From contig NW_004797445.1 in assembly GCF_000002075.1 (NCBI RefSeq), forward strand, positions 193,579 through 257,578: a DNA stretch of 64,000 bases, given 5' to 3'. This document shows positions 1 through 13,255 of the stretch, piece by piece. The stretch is from Aplysia californica. Taxonomy: Eukaryota. The notes under the pieces were generated by a model. That model saw only the letters and a program-made list of their open reading frames with translations. It searched no databases and was not told the DNA's origin. The position numbers were made by a program, and so were the translations under genes. Within the stretch, counting starts at the first letter, position 1, and each line of letters opens with the position of its first letter.

Positions 1-1
<1 letters not shown>

Positions 2-73
<72 letters not shown>
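2..73. repeat. Compound (CA)n(GA)n microsatellite
   Basis: Directly visible dinucleotide runs. Confidence 0.95.
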
Positions 74-74
<1 letters not shown>

Positions 75-1489
75 TGCACAGACATACCCATACATTTATA
101 TTATATCAGGCACACACAAACATACATAAACGCGCGCGCGCGGACATACATATGTATATGTGAATGGCATATTTTGAAAATATATTTCTATTCTAGTCAA
201 ATTAATGATGTGCAAGTTCTACTGGTCTTGGAACTGTTAAATGCATTACTCTTCCTGTATGAATATTGGCGTTGTATGGTATAATGGGCAGGACAAATTA
301 TGCAAGTCTGTTGCATAATAATGTCGATTCGCCAAACAAGAAAATGGACATTGTAGACAAACATTTAGAGTAGTTTCTGCTTTAGGGCACGCAGTGCTGA
401 TTTCTCCTATTCATAAGCTCGATCCAGTTATGATGGTATTCGAAACACGTGAATAATACATCCAGATCGATACACCAATGTCAGTGATCCCAACGCCGGG
501 TTATGGGCCTATCAATCGCACACATGTCATGCTTGGTGATAAGGGGAGAACCAATAAATCTTATCAAGTGCAATTTTAATTCATCGTACACCCGATAACT
601 GCTGCTGGATCCTAATAATAAATATGGCAATATAGCATCTCTTTGCGGCCGTAAACACTGCGGAAGGAAGATAGCCTCAATTAAGATAAGCGTGTAAGGT
701 CAAATGGTTGCAAATTGGGCCGCCGATTAAGACAGACCATAATATTATCGTCATTGAATGCAGTATGGTTTAATCACAACATTTAAAGTCGCCTCTGGTC
801 TTTAAAAGTTCTGTGCTTGCCTTTCATGCACACCGAGGGGAAATTCCACCTTTTCAAAGGACGGAGACGACCGAATATTATTTACTATAAAAATGTTTAA
901 GTGTGTTGTTCTTTTATTCTTCTATGGTGTAGTGTTTTCTCTCAGAAGAAAATGATCGAGTGCTCTTACCCACGTGGTACTTGTCGGTTATAATCACTAA
1001 CCAGAAGAATGATAATATGACTTATTCAAGTGCATTGACATGTATTTTCAATTCACTAGTGGATGTTGTCGGTGAATTATAATAACAATATTTTATCATC
1101 ATTATTATTATTATTGTTATTATTATTATTATTATTATTATTNNNNNNNNNNNNNNNNNNNNNNNNNNNNNNNNNNNNNNNNNNNNNNNNNNNNNNNNNN
1201 NNNNNNNNNNNNNNNNNNNNNNNNNNNNNNNNNNNNNNNNNNNNNNNNNNNNNNNNNNNNNNNNNNNNNNNNNNNNNNNNNNNNNNNNNNNNNNNNNNNN
1301 NNNNNNNNNNNNNNNNNNNNNNNNNNNNNNNNNNNNNNNNNNNNNNNNNNNNNNNNNNNNNNNNNNNNNNNNNNNNNNNNNNNNNNNNNNNNNNNNNNNN
1401 NNNNNNNNNNNNNNNNNNNNNNNNNNNNNNNNNNNNNNNNNNNNNNNNNNNNNNNNNNNNNNNNNNNNNNNNNNNNNNNNNNNNNNNNN

Positions 1490-1532
<43 letters not shown>

Positions 1533-2734
1533 AGGTTTAGTTCACAACCCTAAAATGGTAATAGTAATTTTAGAAGCAGAAAGGAAAAGGACCATAGACG
1601 CTTGTTTTAAATTTGAGAAAAAATGCTATGCGCGAGTAGAGGTCTCAGTCTAACTGTTAAAAAAAGCTAAAGAAATTAAATGTGGTTGGTAGGATTAAAC
1701 AATAGCACATACACGCAATTTCAAATATTCTGGAACCCCAATGGTAGCCCAGTGACCCATTAATTAACGAATGTCAATCATTGTTTCAATCTGTTCTGTC
1801 AGGTGTGCTGTAAGCCCTCGGAGTAACGGCTTATCTGCTGGGACGACACAGGTTTCTCTGCCCAGGGAAGAATCATTCGCAAGAAGAAACGGGCGCCAGG
1901 TGACAACTATCAGTCAATACTGCGTACAGCTGGGTTTGCGTTACAACCACGTGCATTCACACAGCAATAGAAAAGCATAACGACTTAACACACTTAGGCC
2001 CTCTGCACTTTTGACACGGAGACAAAACTACGCTTTGGAAATTTGTTTCACGAAATTCGGAACTTCATTAGAAATGTGTATTTTTATGATGGCAGGAGGA
2101 GGATATTTTCATGGGGAAGAAGTGGGACTTCGATTGTTTATTTCGAGGATTATTCACTGTGGTGCCTTTGTGGTGCTGGTAATATATGCACGGAGTTATA
2201 TGCCTTCGTTTCAAAGTGTAGATTCATATCTACAGAAAACATGTCCTGTGGAAGCTGAAATTGAAACAAGTTGCTCTGGCCTGGCCTCACTGTCAACTTT
2301 TTCGCGGAAACAGCAGGCATGCTTCATAAGGGTATCAGGCAGTGTGGGTTAGTATAGGAGTTTAGCTTTGATCCTAATAATATGGTCGTTTAACCCAGAT
2401 ATCAAGTACTACTCTAGATTCTAGTTCAACTTGATCTTCTTAAAAACCGAACCTCTGTTTTCAATGAAAAGTTGCATTTGCATATTGCAGCGGCGGTCGA
2501 CATCTCATTTTTAAGTTAGTGAATTACATGTACACACTGGCAAAGACAGGTGTCGTAGCCTGCAGAAATTGTCCACTTATGTCCGTTCCTTCCATCCAGT
2601 GAAGTAGGTCTTTATTTTTATGACGTGAACGACACCGGTACTGCGGTAGCTAGAAGCCATAGAAATAACTGTATCTCCTACAGTGTATCTGTGCACACTG
2701 TATACGATTCCTACTCACAGTATTTATCATCACG

Positions 2735-2950
2735 ATGCCTCAAGCAACGGCACTCAACTTCTACCGGAAGCGCCAAACGTTCGAACTTTTGTCCCAGGAA
2801 AGGCCACAAAACCTGAGTTCTGTGTACCACGTGGTACGGGAGGTTGTGGCGTCCATTGAAGAACGTTTGGTCAATTTGGAGACCTCTTTTTACGGACCTG
2901 GCGGGGGACCAGACACGGAAGTCAAACAGTGGATTGTGCCGCTACAACTG
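2735..2950 (+). CDS. Coiled-coil/death-domain protein, coding exon 1 (MPQATALNFYRKRQ...WIVPLQL)
   Basis: ATG at 2735 follows an acceptor-like ctcacag ending at 2720 (probable upstream UTR exon). Donor ctg|gtgaga; 216 bp, phase 0. Confidence 0.75.
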
Positions 2951-4079
2951 GTGAGAAGAGCGTGTTTGTACCAGTACCATACAATGCATGTGTATATGTG
3001 TGTATATGTATATACACATTTCTATGAATATACGTTTGTGTGTGTGTAGGGGGGNNNNNNNNNNNNNNNNNNNNNNNNNNNNNNNNNNNNNNNNNNNNNN
3101 NNNNNNNNNNNNNNNNNNNNNNNNNNNNNNNNNNNNNNNNNNNNNNNNNNNNNNNNNNNNNNNNNNNNNNNNNNNNNNNNNNNNNNNNNNNNNNNNNNNN
3201 NNNNNNNNNNNNNNNNNNNNNNNNNNNNNNNNNNNNNNNNNNNNNNNNNNNNNNNNNNNNNNNNNNNNNNNNNNNNNNNNNNNNNNNNNNNNNNNNNNNN
3301 NNNNNNNNNNNNNNNNNNNNNNNNNNNNNNNNNNNNNNNNNNNNNNNNNNNNNNNNNNNNNNNNNNNNNNNNNNNNNNNNNNNNNNNNNNNNNNNNNNNN
3401 NNNNNNNNNNNNNNNNNNNNNNNNNNNNNNNNNNNNNNNNNNNNNNNNNNNNNNNNNNNNNNNNNNNNNNNNNNNNNNNNNNNNNNNNNNNNNNNNNNNN
3501 NNNNNNNNNNNNNNNNNNNNNNNNNNNNNNNNNNNNNNNNNNNNNNNNNNNNNNNNNNNNNNNNNNNNNNNNNNNNNNNNNNNNNNNNNNNNNNNNNNNN
3601 NNNNNNNNNNNNNNNNNNNNNNNNNNNNNNNNNNNNNNNNNNNNNNNNNNNNNNNNNNNNNNNNNNNNNNNNNNCCCCCTCAACCACACACATACACACA
3701 CAAACACACACGCGCGCACACACATACACACACACTCACTCACGCGCGCGTACCCACAAGGACCCGTACAAAAGTATGCACACTCACGGATACACCTACA
3801 ATAGGTTATATTGTAACATTATCACATCGCCCACCTGGAGAAGAGAGGGTCTTACCCATGGTGTGTTCAACAGTGAAGAAGAAGCAGCAGTATCTGATTA
3901 ATCTAATCTTTTGGATTTTTTTTTAGTGAATAAAAATTAATTTTTGAAAATACTATTTTCACTTGTATGTAAAATGTTTTATTTATTTTAAAAAAATTTA
4001 TTTATTCATTTAATCCTTTATTTCTTTATTCATTTATTCATTCACTCATTCATTTATTTATTTATTTTTGTCTCGAAAG

Positions 4080-4196
4080 ATTCTGAGGCCCGCTCGATAC
4101 TCTGGTCTCATTTGCATGCAACAACTTGATGAAATCTACGACCGTCATATCGACATCACTGATATTCTCACAGTGGATGAGGATTCACTTATACAG
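4080..4196 (+). CDS. Coiled-coil/death-domain protein, exon 2 (ILRPARYSGL...EDSLIQ)
   Basis: T-rich tract then aag| acceptor, cag|gtatac donor; 117 bp, phase 0-0, open frame. Confidence 0.75.
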
Positions 4197-5342
4197 GTAT
4201 ACACCCACCCCCACCCGCCTTTCCCCTTTCCACCTATACAACTTCTGGGCTATCATTTTTGTTTCCTTTTTAATTAAGTTACTCCGTGAATGCTGCCCTC
4301 TGTGACAGCTGTTCCCCAACTGAGTCTACCTGGAGCTAGGCTCTCCAGTGTCATTAGTGTCAAGGGATTAGTGCCGAAGAAATTCAGTGACGTTTTTAGG
4401 GTGCCTTTGTGCGCCAACTTAACGCTTCCCAGGGGCAGCTCAGAACAAAATACTGCCTTTGGGTTACTAAAATCGGGCATTCTTAGGATTTCATTATACA
4501 TGTATATGCAACCCAGCGAAGTTGAGTCCCTATAAGCTTAGGAAGCAGACTTTAGGCATGTTGTTTCCTAATCTGTTATTAAATGCTTTGCAGCTTTTTA
4601 TAGGCCAATAGTTATGAGCTCCACTGACGTACTTTTCCTTATATTGTTTTATTATTTCTGCCGTCGTCCCGTTGTTATTGCTGAGATTTGACGTTATCAC
4701 CATCATCATAGTGTGTTGAGAAATCCCTAAAGAGAAATTCCTGAAAACCAATGTACGGTATACAACAACAAAAAACNNNNNNNNNNNNNNNNNNNNNNNN
4801 NNNNNNNNNNNNNNNNNNNNNNNNNNNNNNNNNNNNNNNNNNNNNNNNNNNNNNNNNNNNNNNNNNNNNNNNNNNNNNNNNNNNNNNNNNNNNNNNNNNN
4901 NNNNNNNNNNNNNNNNCATCACCATGATTTGAATCCCCATGTGTGTATTCGATTCTGATTATTCTGTTACTATAATATTATCAACTATAAAGCAACAAAG
5001 TGGAGAAAGGGTTGTGAACCCTTAATTTTGTCATCTTACTCAAAAATTGAGAACTTTTGCCACTTTTGAACTTTTAAGGAGAAAAGTTGGGTGAAAAAAG
5101 GGGCGGGGGTAGGGAGAGCAGCTATGGAACACCGTCCGCAATGGTCCTAACTTTGCAGACGCAAATAGACGAATAGACTTATGCCACGACCAATGTGAGA
5201 GGTTTAAAAAATATTACTGTCAGAAAAAAAGGCTACTTGTACTTGTACAAAATCTGATCAAGCGTTTTGTGATCTCTATTAACATCTGTACGAAGGTGAT
5301 AAAATTATTAACTCAGACTCGGTTTATTATCCGTCTCTGCAG

Positions 5343-5546
5343 ATACAAAACTTGGTCAACAAGTCGCTGAAGATGTTACGTGAGGGTTTTGACGAGTCAA
5401 TACAGTCTGTCCAGAAATTACTGGAGTACATGGCTCGCTACTGCGTCAGCTTCAGCCCGCCAGAAGGAGACAGCTATCTGGAGACAGCCACCAACTACGA
5501 GAAACAAAGGAGGGATTTCGAGAAGGCAATACGCTTAAACACAGAG
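5343..5546 (+). CDS. Coiled-coil/death-domain protein, exon 3 (IQNLVNKSLK...IRLNTE)
   Basis: ctctgcag| acceptor, gag|gtaagg donor; 204 bp, phase 0-0. Confidence 0.8.
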
Positions 5547-5605
5547 GTAAGGAAAATTGATTGCAAATGGTTTAAGCATCCATAGACTAAATGCGATAAG
5601 GAAGT

Positions 5606-6439
5606 GGTTATTCTCACCTAGGTCTCGCTATTCTCACCCCTCCCTTGTTTTACCGGAAATAACCCAAGAGGGATCAGGGCTGAGGTTACCGGGGCTAATG
5701 CTTCACAGAATCTTGTTGGTGTCCGAATAGACATACATAGACATACATGTACATTTAGATCTAGTCACAGTCAGGGCTGTCAAATTCGAGCCAAATCTCA
5801 GAAATTTGGCTCTTTTGGATCGCGTCTGGCCCGGATAATTTCATTTGGCTCTCTTGTTCTTTTTTTTTTTTTCCTTTTTTTCTTCTCCAAACTCCAAAGT
5901 TGAAGAAGGAGGGGACAGAAGAGGCCAAAAAAAAACCCCAAGAAGAAGAAAGAATGAAAGAAAAAATATGAAAGTGAAGATAGAGCTTGGATTGTTTAAA
6001 ATTATTAAATTAGTTAACACGATTTAACGCCCTCGTCCATTTGGTCTGATTTATTTACAACCTTTCAACCGTCGTGCAATAGCATGGTCTGGAGCTCGTG
6101 TCTCGTTACGTTCGTACACTCTCTCTGTTCCTTAAACCATGTGTGCAGATAGAGGCTAGCATCGTTATTTGTAAACAACGAATGGTCTGGCCGGCAGCCG
6201 GTGCCACATCCCGCTCAGTGTCGGTAGTGGGCCTTTTTTTTTTTTTTTACTGGAGATGTGGAAAATGTTTTTACATTATTATTAGATCTATTCGTTCCCA
6301 ACCACATGCCGTAAGCCAGGGAGGAGTCCTCACCTCTCATGCCCACACCGGGGTGGGAGCTATTCTCACCAGGGAAAAGGGGGGGGGGGGGGGTGAGAAT
6401 AGCGAGACATGGGTTATTCTCACCCGGGTGGCGGTCCTC
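5606..6439. mobile_element. Non-autonomous TIR element (MITE-like) with repeated tattctcacc motifs
   Basis: Perfect 19-bp inverted repeat gtctcgctattctcacccc (5622-5640) / ggggtgagaatagcgagac (6390-6408), with extra motif copies at both ends. Termini and TSD unclear. Confidence 0.55.
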
Positions 6440-6992
6440 TTTAAAATGAGATTTCTGTTCTAAAATGACCTTGCTTAATCAAAATGACGCAAACGAAAAC
6501 GCCATTACTCAGGGGTAGTGTTATTTTATTTACACATAAAGGCAGTATAAACTGTAAACTTGTTAAAAAATTAAAAGAATAAAACTGAGATAACTAATAA
6601 CATATTATAATACAAACGTTGGCTATAGTTAATAGATTAACCCTTGTAACAACCTTTGGAAGGGCGTTCATTGTCTCCCTAAGATGAAAATAGTAAATGG
6701 TATTCGTAAATGTATACAAAATGACTGTAAAAATAAGTTGTGTTTGCCTCCACGAATAAGGTGTGTACCAAAGTGTAAGTTGTGTCGTTTTGTTGCTTTG
6801 TTTAGGAGAAGTTGTTGCTACTGCTTTTGAAGCTGTTGTGATTTTGTTGTCATCATAACAGTATAATACATTATAATTATTATTATTATTACTATTGTTA
6901 TTGTTATTATTATTATTACTATTATTTTATTGTTAATGTATGCATTGCTCTGTTTTAAAAGTCCTTGTTGATTCTGATGTTACCGACTTTTA

Positions 6993-6994
<2 letters not shown>

Positions 6995-7028
<34 letters not shown>

Positions 7029-7040
7029 ACTACTACTACT
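6995..7040. repeat. (GCT)n(ACT)n trinucleotide microsatellite
   Basis: Visible repeat just downstream of the CFAP299 stop codon. Confidence 0.9.
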
Positions 7041-7156
7041 AGTTTTCTTGTCCATCTTGTAGTATTTTCCCTTTGAGGGACAAGTCAGTCAATTTGAACC
7101 CCCATACCCAAAAAATTGATAACATTGGACACACCCAATCGCCGTGGACGACCTCT

Positions 7157-7330
7157 CTAAGTTTTCCGGCGGTTGTAATGATCGAAGATGACGACACTGA
7201 TGTACTCTTTAGTAGAGACGACCGTACGTGATGAATTGTCTCCGGGCGAGTAAATGTAAGGGTCAACATTCACGATCTTGCTATCCCGCCTGTTGCGAAA
7301 TAACATGCCGTTTGGGGATTTGGCGATGAC
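7157..7330 (-). CDS. CFAP299: CFAP299 (C4orf22/DUF4464) exon 5 (VIAKSPNGMLFRNRRDSKIVNVDP...PGDNSSR...VIFDHYNRRKT*)
   Basis: Acceptor ttctccgcag, 174 bp including TAG. Matches the family C-terminus NVDP..PGDNS.R...IFDH..RRKT. Confidence 0.93.
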   Translation of the reverse strand, partial: VIAKSPNGMLFRNRRDSKIVNVDPYIYSPGDNSSRTVVSTKEYISVVIFDHYNRRKT

Positions 7331-7353
7331 CTGCGGAGAATTAAAAAGAAATG

Positions 7354-7675
7354 TGTCACGACGCCGTGGATTCAGGTGCTCATCAATTTTTGGGCGTGTG
7401 AACTTATGGGTATACTTTTAAAGCTGGTTCATGTGTCTATCTTTCCATGAAAAAATACCAATTTTTCTTGAATAAAAGCGATAAGCGAAGGTAGGAGGTC
7501 GCCTGGTTTAGGAGGGAATATTAGCAAGAAAATGGCGACCAGTTTCATGACTTCCAAAGTTTTAGAGAGCCCTTGGAGAGTATAAATTTACTTTGTTTGT
7601 GCCTTTAATCAATGTTTTTCAGTCTATTTCAAACATAAAATGTGTTTTCAAATGGACGTAAAAGGTAATGAGCCA
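7354..7675 (+). mobile_element. Dispersed repeat beginning TGTCACGACG (unclassified, probably a non-autonomous DNA transposon)
   Basis: Aligns over about 320 bp with 55047-55390 (reverse strand) and over its first ~50 bp with 37417-37470; runs into a gap. Confidence 0.7.
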
Positions 7676-9076
7676 NNNNNNNNNNNNNNNNNNNNNNNNN
7701 NNNNNNNNNNNNNNNNNNNNNNNNNNNNNNNNNNNNNNNNNNNNNNNNNNNNNNNNNNNNNNNNNNNNNNNNNNNNNNNNNNNNNNNNNNNNNNNNNNNN
7801 NNNNNNNNNNNNNNNNNNNNNNNNNNNNNNNNNNNNNNNNNNNNNNNNNNNNNNNNNNNNNNNNNNNNNNNNNNNNNNNNNNNNNNNNNNNNNNNNNNNN
7901 NNNNNNNNNNNNNNNNNNNNNNNNNNNNNNNNNNNNNNNNNNNNNNNNNNNNNNNNNNNNNNNNNNNNNNNNNNNNNNNNNNNNNNNNNNNNNNNNNNNN
8001 NNNNNNNNNNNNNNNNNNNNNNNNNNNNNNNNNNNNNNNNNNNNNNNNNNNNNNNNNNNNNNNNNNNNNNNNNNNNNNNNNNNNNNNNNNNNNNNNNNNN
8101 NNNNNNNNNNNNNNNNNNNNNNNNNNNNNNNNNNNNNNNNNNNNNNNNNNNNNNNNNNNNNNNNNNNNNNNNNNNNNNNNNNNNNNNNNNNNNNNNNNNN
8201 NNNNNNNNNNNNNNNNNNNNNNNNNNNNNNNNNNNNNNNNNNNNNNNNNNNNNNNNNNNNNNNNNNNNNNNNNNNNNNNNNNNNNNNNNNNNNNNNNNNN
8301 NNNNNNNNNNNNNNNNNNNNNNNNNNNNNNNNNNNNNNNNNNNNNNNNNNNNNNNNNNNNNNNNNNGAGAGAGAGAGAGAGAGAGAGAGAGCGATAATGG
8401 ATCATTCTAGCTTATAAGCTTGTATAAAGTAAAGATTGTGATATAGCCACTGACCGTGTAGGCGTGCATGATAAGTTACATGTTATGAAAGAAAAAAATG
8501 CTTTGATAAAAGATAATTAAATCTCATTCTTAAAAGCACTTTTTGCGTGTAATATCATGGTGACCCAATTGTGGCCATATGAAGAATGGAGGTCCCAGGT
8601 GTGTTCACTAAGTCAAGTAAGTTCTGAATAAAGGGCCCAGAATTACTTTACTGAAACGTGTTTTTTTCTCGGTATAACAACAATGCAGTGGCAGCCTCAA
8701 AGTAGTGGCGACAGAGCAAAAGCAAACACAAAAGAATACAAGTGCCCTCTCACTTCCCCTTTCCTAATTTTTTCCGCCAATCTTCTCCCCCCCCCCCCCT
8801 TTAGAAAATCAAAACAAAGAAACTTGAAGTATATGTGCAGTGTTAGGGTTCTGCTTCATTTCAGTTTCTGAAGAGAGCCCACAACACAAGATTGGCCTGG
8901 CAATGCAAGGAACAGGCAACATTACGATGACAACAGAAACTATAGAATGATAGAAGGAGGAAATAAACCTACGATCAAAAGAAACACAAACACATAGACC
9001 GCTGCCACTGAAAATGAAAGAAGAAGAAGAATCTTACATTGATGATCAGAACTAAAGATTAACGAACAGACCATAC

Positions 9077-9240
9077 CTCATAATTAGGAGAATTTTTGCT
9101 CATGACCCGCATGGTCTCCCAGTTGAAGAAGCTCAGGTCTGTCTGTTTTGGGAGGAATTTCTTTCGTAAGTTGAAGATAGGTTCAAAGTCTTCGGTGGCC
9201 AGGCGATGAGAATAATCTACATATCCGGATATTTCTTGGC
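9077..9240 (-). CDS. CFAP299: CFAP299 exon 4 ([20 protein letters not shown]...DLSFFNWET...SPNYE)
   Basis: ttttttatag acceptor, gag|gtatgg donor; 164 bp, phase 1-0. Contains the family GQEISGY.DY.HRL..EDF motif. Confidence 0.93.
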
Positions 9241-9492
9241 CTATAAAAAAAGCGATAGGCTTACTTAACCTTTTTGCCTGCCCATCTCAATTGGACATTA
9301 TTAGAAAACATAAGCCTCTGAGATCTTCTCAGGTCTACTCGTACGTTAAACACAAAGGAAACCCCAGTTTGTAAAGACAAAACAGAAAAATAATAGCAAA
9401 TCGTTGGGGGTTTTTTAATAGGATCTAAACAAGCTACAGAATCTCCGCCCTCGTGCGATACCGTCACCGAAGCCCTTGACATAATAACTTAC

Positions 9493-9619
9493 CAAACTCG
9501 TTGTAATCTCTGATGAAAAAGATGGACGCCTGTTTGCCAGTTCTATTCGCCTCCTCTCTCTGCTGTAAGGCTCGGAGCATTCCGTCCTCAAACTCTTTTC
9601 CAGCACTGAAGACATGTTT
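9493..9619 (-). CDS. CFAP299: CFAP299 exon 3 (KHVFSAGKEFEDGMLRALQQREEANRTGKQASIFFIRDYNEF)
   Basis: ctcttcccag acceptor, g|gtaagt donor; 127 bp, phase 0-1. Motif AL..REE.NR.GK...IFIRD. Confidence 0.93.
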
Positions 9620-9929
9620 CTGGGAAGAGAGAGGTTGAGGGGGGAGGGGCACGCAGGGCTGAGAGTGGTATTCCAGAGAGAATAAGAACAAAAAACCCAG
9701 ACCCCATTTCGGTTTAAAACTTGTACTTTTTTGGGGTGGGAAATAACATTTTCAAGAAAAAGAAAAGCGAGACAACGAATGTCTCTCTCCTTTCAGGAGG
9801 GAGGGGTTATGACTCCACTTGGTGTATCTATCACTCGGAAAGTGCTGCTGGTTGATTTGATATCTCTCTTATCCCTACGCTATACTAGGTACTGATTTGA
9901 AACTTCGCCTCGTATTTTTACACACTTAA

Positions 9930-10128
9930 GTCCGGCGTCTGTGGTGTAGGGCTTAGGTGCTATAATGTGCCGTCGCACCCCGTCGCATATGAGTTTGATT
10001 CCCGAGTGGGAGGAATTTTTATCAAGTATCTACCTCTTTCTACCGGAACGTTGTATCCCTCTCAGCTGGGGCAGGCCCTAACTGACCTAAATACTAAATA
10101 TTGTCGATGGCGACATGAAACCTCTAGG
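9930..10128 (+). mobile_element. Degenerate tRNA-derived SINE
   Basis: A-box-like tggtgtagggcttagg, B-box-like agtttgattcc, and a LINE-like tail tgacctaa...gtcgatggcgacatgaaacc. Confidence 0.4.
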
Positions 10129-10662
10129 ATTTTACGTTTCTAAAAAGCAAAATACTATGATTCCGTCGACGTCCCTGTATTTAACTCAAACAAGCAAACA
10201 AGCAAACAAACATATAGGATGATCTATCTATCTATCCATCGAGTTAGATAGCGAGCTAGCTGTAGCTTGTTCACTTTCGCCTGTGTGCGTTAAAAAATGT
10301 AGCTCATTTATTAACTTACCTTTGCCCACGAAACTTTGCATGGCACGTTTGCAGGCCGGCAACCAAATAATTTTTTTTAAAATCTGAATTCCCTATAAAA
10401 AAATTTCCCTTTGGACCCTACTTTAAACAACCGCTCTTTGCGTGCATACACAGGATCCCTAAAATAAAGAACTTANNNNNNNNNNNNNNNNNNNNNNNNN
10501 NNNNNNNNNNNNNNNNNNNNNNNNNNNNNNNNNNNNNNNNNNNNNNNNNNNNNNNNNNNNNNNNNNNNNNNNNNNNNNNNNNNNNNNNNNNNNNNNNNNN
10601 NNNNNNNNNNNNNNNNNNNNNNNNNNNNNNNNNNNNNNNNNNNNNNNNNNNNNNNNNNNNNN

Positions 10663-10800
10663 CTGGCGTTTAGGGCAGCAACAAAGGATCTCCAGCTCTG
10701 TTTGTTTTGGGCCATTTTGGTCAACGCCCCAACCTTGCCGACACATTGCTCATTTTGAGACAGCGACACCATCCTGGCCCCTCCTTCCAGTGCAAGCTTT
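10663..10800 (-). mobile_element. 3' remnant of an RTE-type LINE ORF
   Basis: Reverse translation ...GALTKMAQNKQSWRSFVAALNA resembles the RTE C-terminal AQ.R..WR..V..L motif; truncated by a gap. Confidence 0.6.
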
Positions 10801-10898
10801 TAAATTTCATCCCGGTCAAGATGTCTTTATGTGAGTCTTGAAAATTACTCACCCCCGTCTCTTGAATCGGGTTTCTTTGGCGCACGTTAAAGTATGGT

Positions 10899-11424
10899 GC
10901 GGGGGCTCTCGTGGCCTAAGTGTTAAGGTGTTCGCCTTTCTTTCAAAAGTCCCGGGTTCGAATCCGGGAAACGACGGAAAAAATTCTTTTCTAAATTAAT
11001 TGTCTCCTTTCACCTCCTTTCCTGCTCTTTAGCAATGTTCTGTCGTCTGCTTTCGTCTCCACTTTTTGCCCCTACTCCCCTCACCTCCTTTGCCCCCTCC
11101 TCTGGGCTCTGACTCTTTCTGCAGCCTTTCTACTGCTACTCATTGGTCTTTCTTACTGCTGTCTTTCAGCCACACCCCTAATCTTCTGTTAGGAAAGATC
11201 TACACCTAGCCTTCTCGGACAAGTGCGAAAAATCTCGGAGGTCCTATGTGCAAGTTGCGCTCGTTAAAGATCCCTTGGTGGTCTACAATCGATAAGAGTA
11301 GGCTTCGGCCGCCACCCGGGAAAAATTCAAAATTCCCTACCAACTGAAAATTGTTTAATATGTACCACACGCTCATATGACCTTATTATACAGTTGCGAG
11401 GGCCGTAAAACACCTACCGAAAAA
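10899..11424 (+). mobile_element. Full-length tRNA-headed Nin/Deu-domain SINE, copy 1
   Basis: A box tggcctaagtgttaagg, B box ggttcgaatcc (10955-10965). Deu/Nin core ttaaagatccc...taagagtagg...aaattc. A-rich end; 10-bp TSD aaagtatggt (10889-10898 / 11425-11434). Closely similar to 20935-21438. Confidence 0.88.
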
Positions 11425-11925
11425 AAAGTATGGTTCTTGGGAAAAAACGTCAACTGTCTTATGGTTTAGGTGTATGTTGTATATCCCCAATTATTTTCGT
11501 ACTCACTTTAGGCTAACATAAAAGAAAACGTGTCGGAACCCTAGTTTCCCGTGACCTTTACGAATGGGCTTTTAGATTCTGTTGGTCATCCAACTCTTAG
11601 ACCCGTATGCTAAGATTGGAGAAATTAAACAGAAGAATTTCATTACACCTTCTTTTAACCGCGGTCAGACGAACGTGTTCCAAGCTAGTAGTTGCTCACA
11701 AACAACGTGAGTTTGATTCGCGCGTTGGTAAATCAGTTTAAAGATTATCTTCGTCTTTATGCAGGGATTCTGAATCCTTTACCTCACGTTGGCCCTGATA
11801 GGCAGAAGGAGCAGTCTACTATCTGAACTATCTCAGTTCTGTAGATAGGGGAGTAAAACATTTCAAATCAATACAATAAATCTCCGACTTTCTAACTAAG
11901 AAGTATTTTTTTCTGATCTTTTCAC

Positions 11926-12109
11926 CTGCATCTGCCTTGCCGCCTGTTTCTTTGCCTCTATGGCCGCTTTAGTGGCTTCAAACTGCTCCCTACTGAAGCC
12001 CTCGCGAGCGCCTCGGTAGCCCAATTCCACCAACTTTCGCGCCATATTGACGTCTTCCAGGTAGAACATGTCCAGTTCCGTGACTTGAGAGGACAGAAAG
12101 TCTTCATAC
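11926..12109 (-). CDS. CFAP299: CFAP299 exon 2 (YEDFLSSQVTELDMFYLEDVNMARKLVELGYRG...RQMQ)
   Basis: gtctacag acceptor, cag|gtgaaa donor; 184 bp, phase 2-0. Motif YEDFL.SQ.T..D..YLED...AR.LVELGYRG. Confidence 0.93.
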
Positions 12110-12303
12110 CTGTAGACGTCCGTTATGAAAAGTTATACAATGAATATTATGTCACTTTCTTTCTCCTTCAGGAGAGAGGCAGACAGATGTAGACTAAGGG
12201 TCAGAAACACTGACATTGATATGGGGTTGGTTTGTTAAAGAGAAACCGAGAAAAGTGAAGCGGGGAGATTTTTTAAGACAGGAAAGAAGGGGGGAGTGGT
12301 GAG

Positions 12304-12356
<53 letters not shown>

Positions 12357-13255
12357 NNNNNNNNNNNNNNNNNNNNNNNNNNNNNNNNNNNNNNNNNNNN
12401 NNNNNNNNNNNNNNNNNNNNNNNNNNNNNNNNNNNNNNNNNNNNNNNNNNNNNNNNNNNNNNNNNNNNNNNNNNNNNNNNNNNNNNNNNNNNNNNNNNNN
12501 NNNNNNNNNNNNNNNNNNNNNNNNNNNNNNNNNNNNNNNNNNNNNNNNNNNNNNNNNNNNNNNNNNNNNNNNNNNNNNNNNNNNNNNNNNNNNNNNNNNN
12601 NNNNNNNNNNNNNNNNNNNNNNNNNNNNNNNNNNNNNNNNNNNNNNNNNNNNNNNNNNNNNNNNNNNNNNNNNNNNNNNNNNNNNNNNNNNNNNNNNNNN
12701 NNNNNNNNNNNNNNNNNNNNNNNNNNNNNNNNNNNNNNNNAGGGGGGGGGGTACAAGGCAAATAAATACTGTGATAATGGGAAGAATATCCAACCAGCTG
12801 ATTACAGGCACGATCGGCAAGCCAATCCTTTCGTGGATCCTGGAGAGGAGGGAGGATCAGCTATGGCATTGTACGGCCTGTTGTGAAACCTATTCTCCAA
12901 CCAGAACCAAATAACCAAGTACACTTTCAAAGACCGAATGAAAAAAACATAGAGTTCAGAAAGTGTGGCTGGGTATTTTCAAGCTAATGTCGAAGTTGTC
13001 GAGGTGGTTAATGAAAAGGTATTACATGTATCAATATCATTTTTAGTACGCATTTGTGGAAGGCGTAAAATAAGTTCGAAGATTTTGCTTTTACCGGACA
13101 TATACTTTATTGAAAGTGAAAGGCATTACTTCTTGACTTCAAAACAACACTAGATTTAGATCTAGATATCTAGATCTATATATCTAGTAATCTAGATTCT
13201 AGTCAAGTTTGGTGAATTATCCAATACGATGGCGAGTTCTGTCATGCGCACTTAC

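Noticed and set aside
230-790. Higher-complexity block, possibly a LINE remnant
   Set aside because: No recognisable RT or endonuclease motif in the frames inspected.
10901-10975. tRNA-like sequence (also 20935-21010)
   Set aside because: SINE heads: followed by a shared body and flanked by TSDs, with no intact acceptor stem or terminator.
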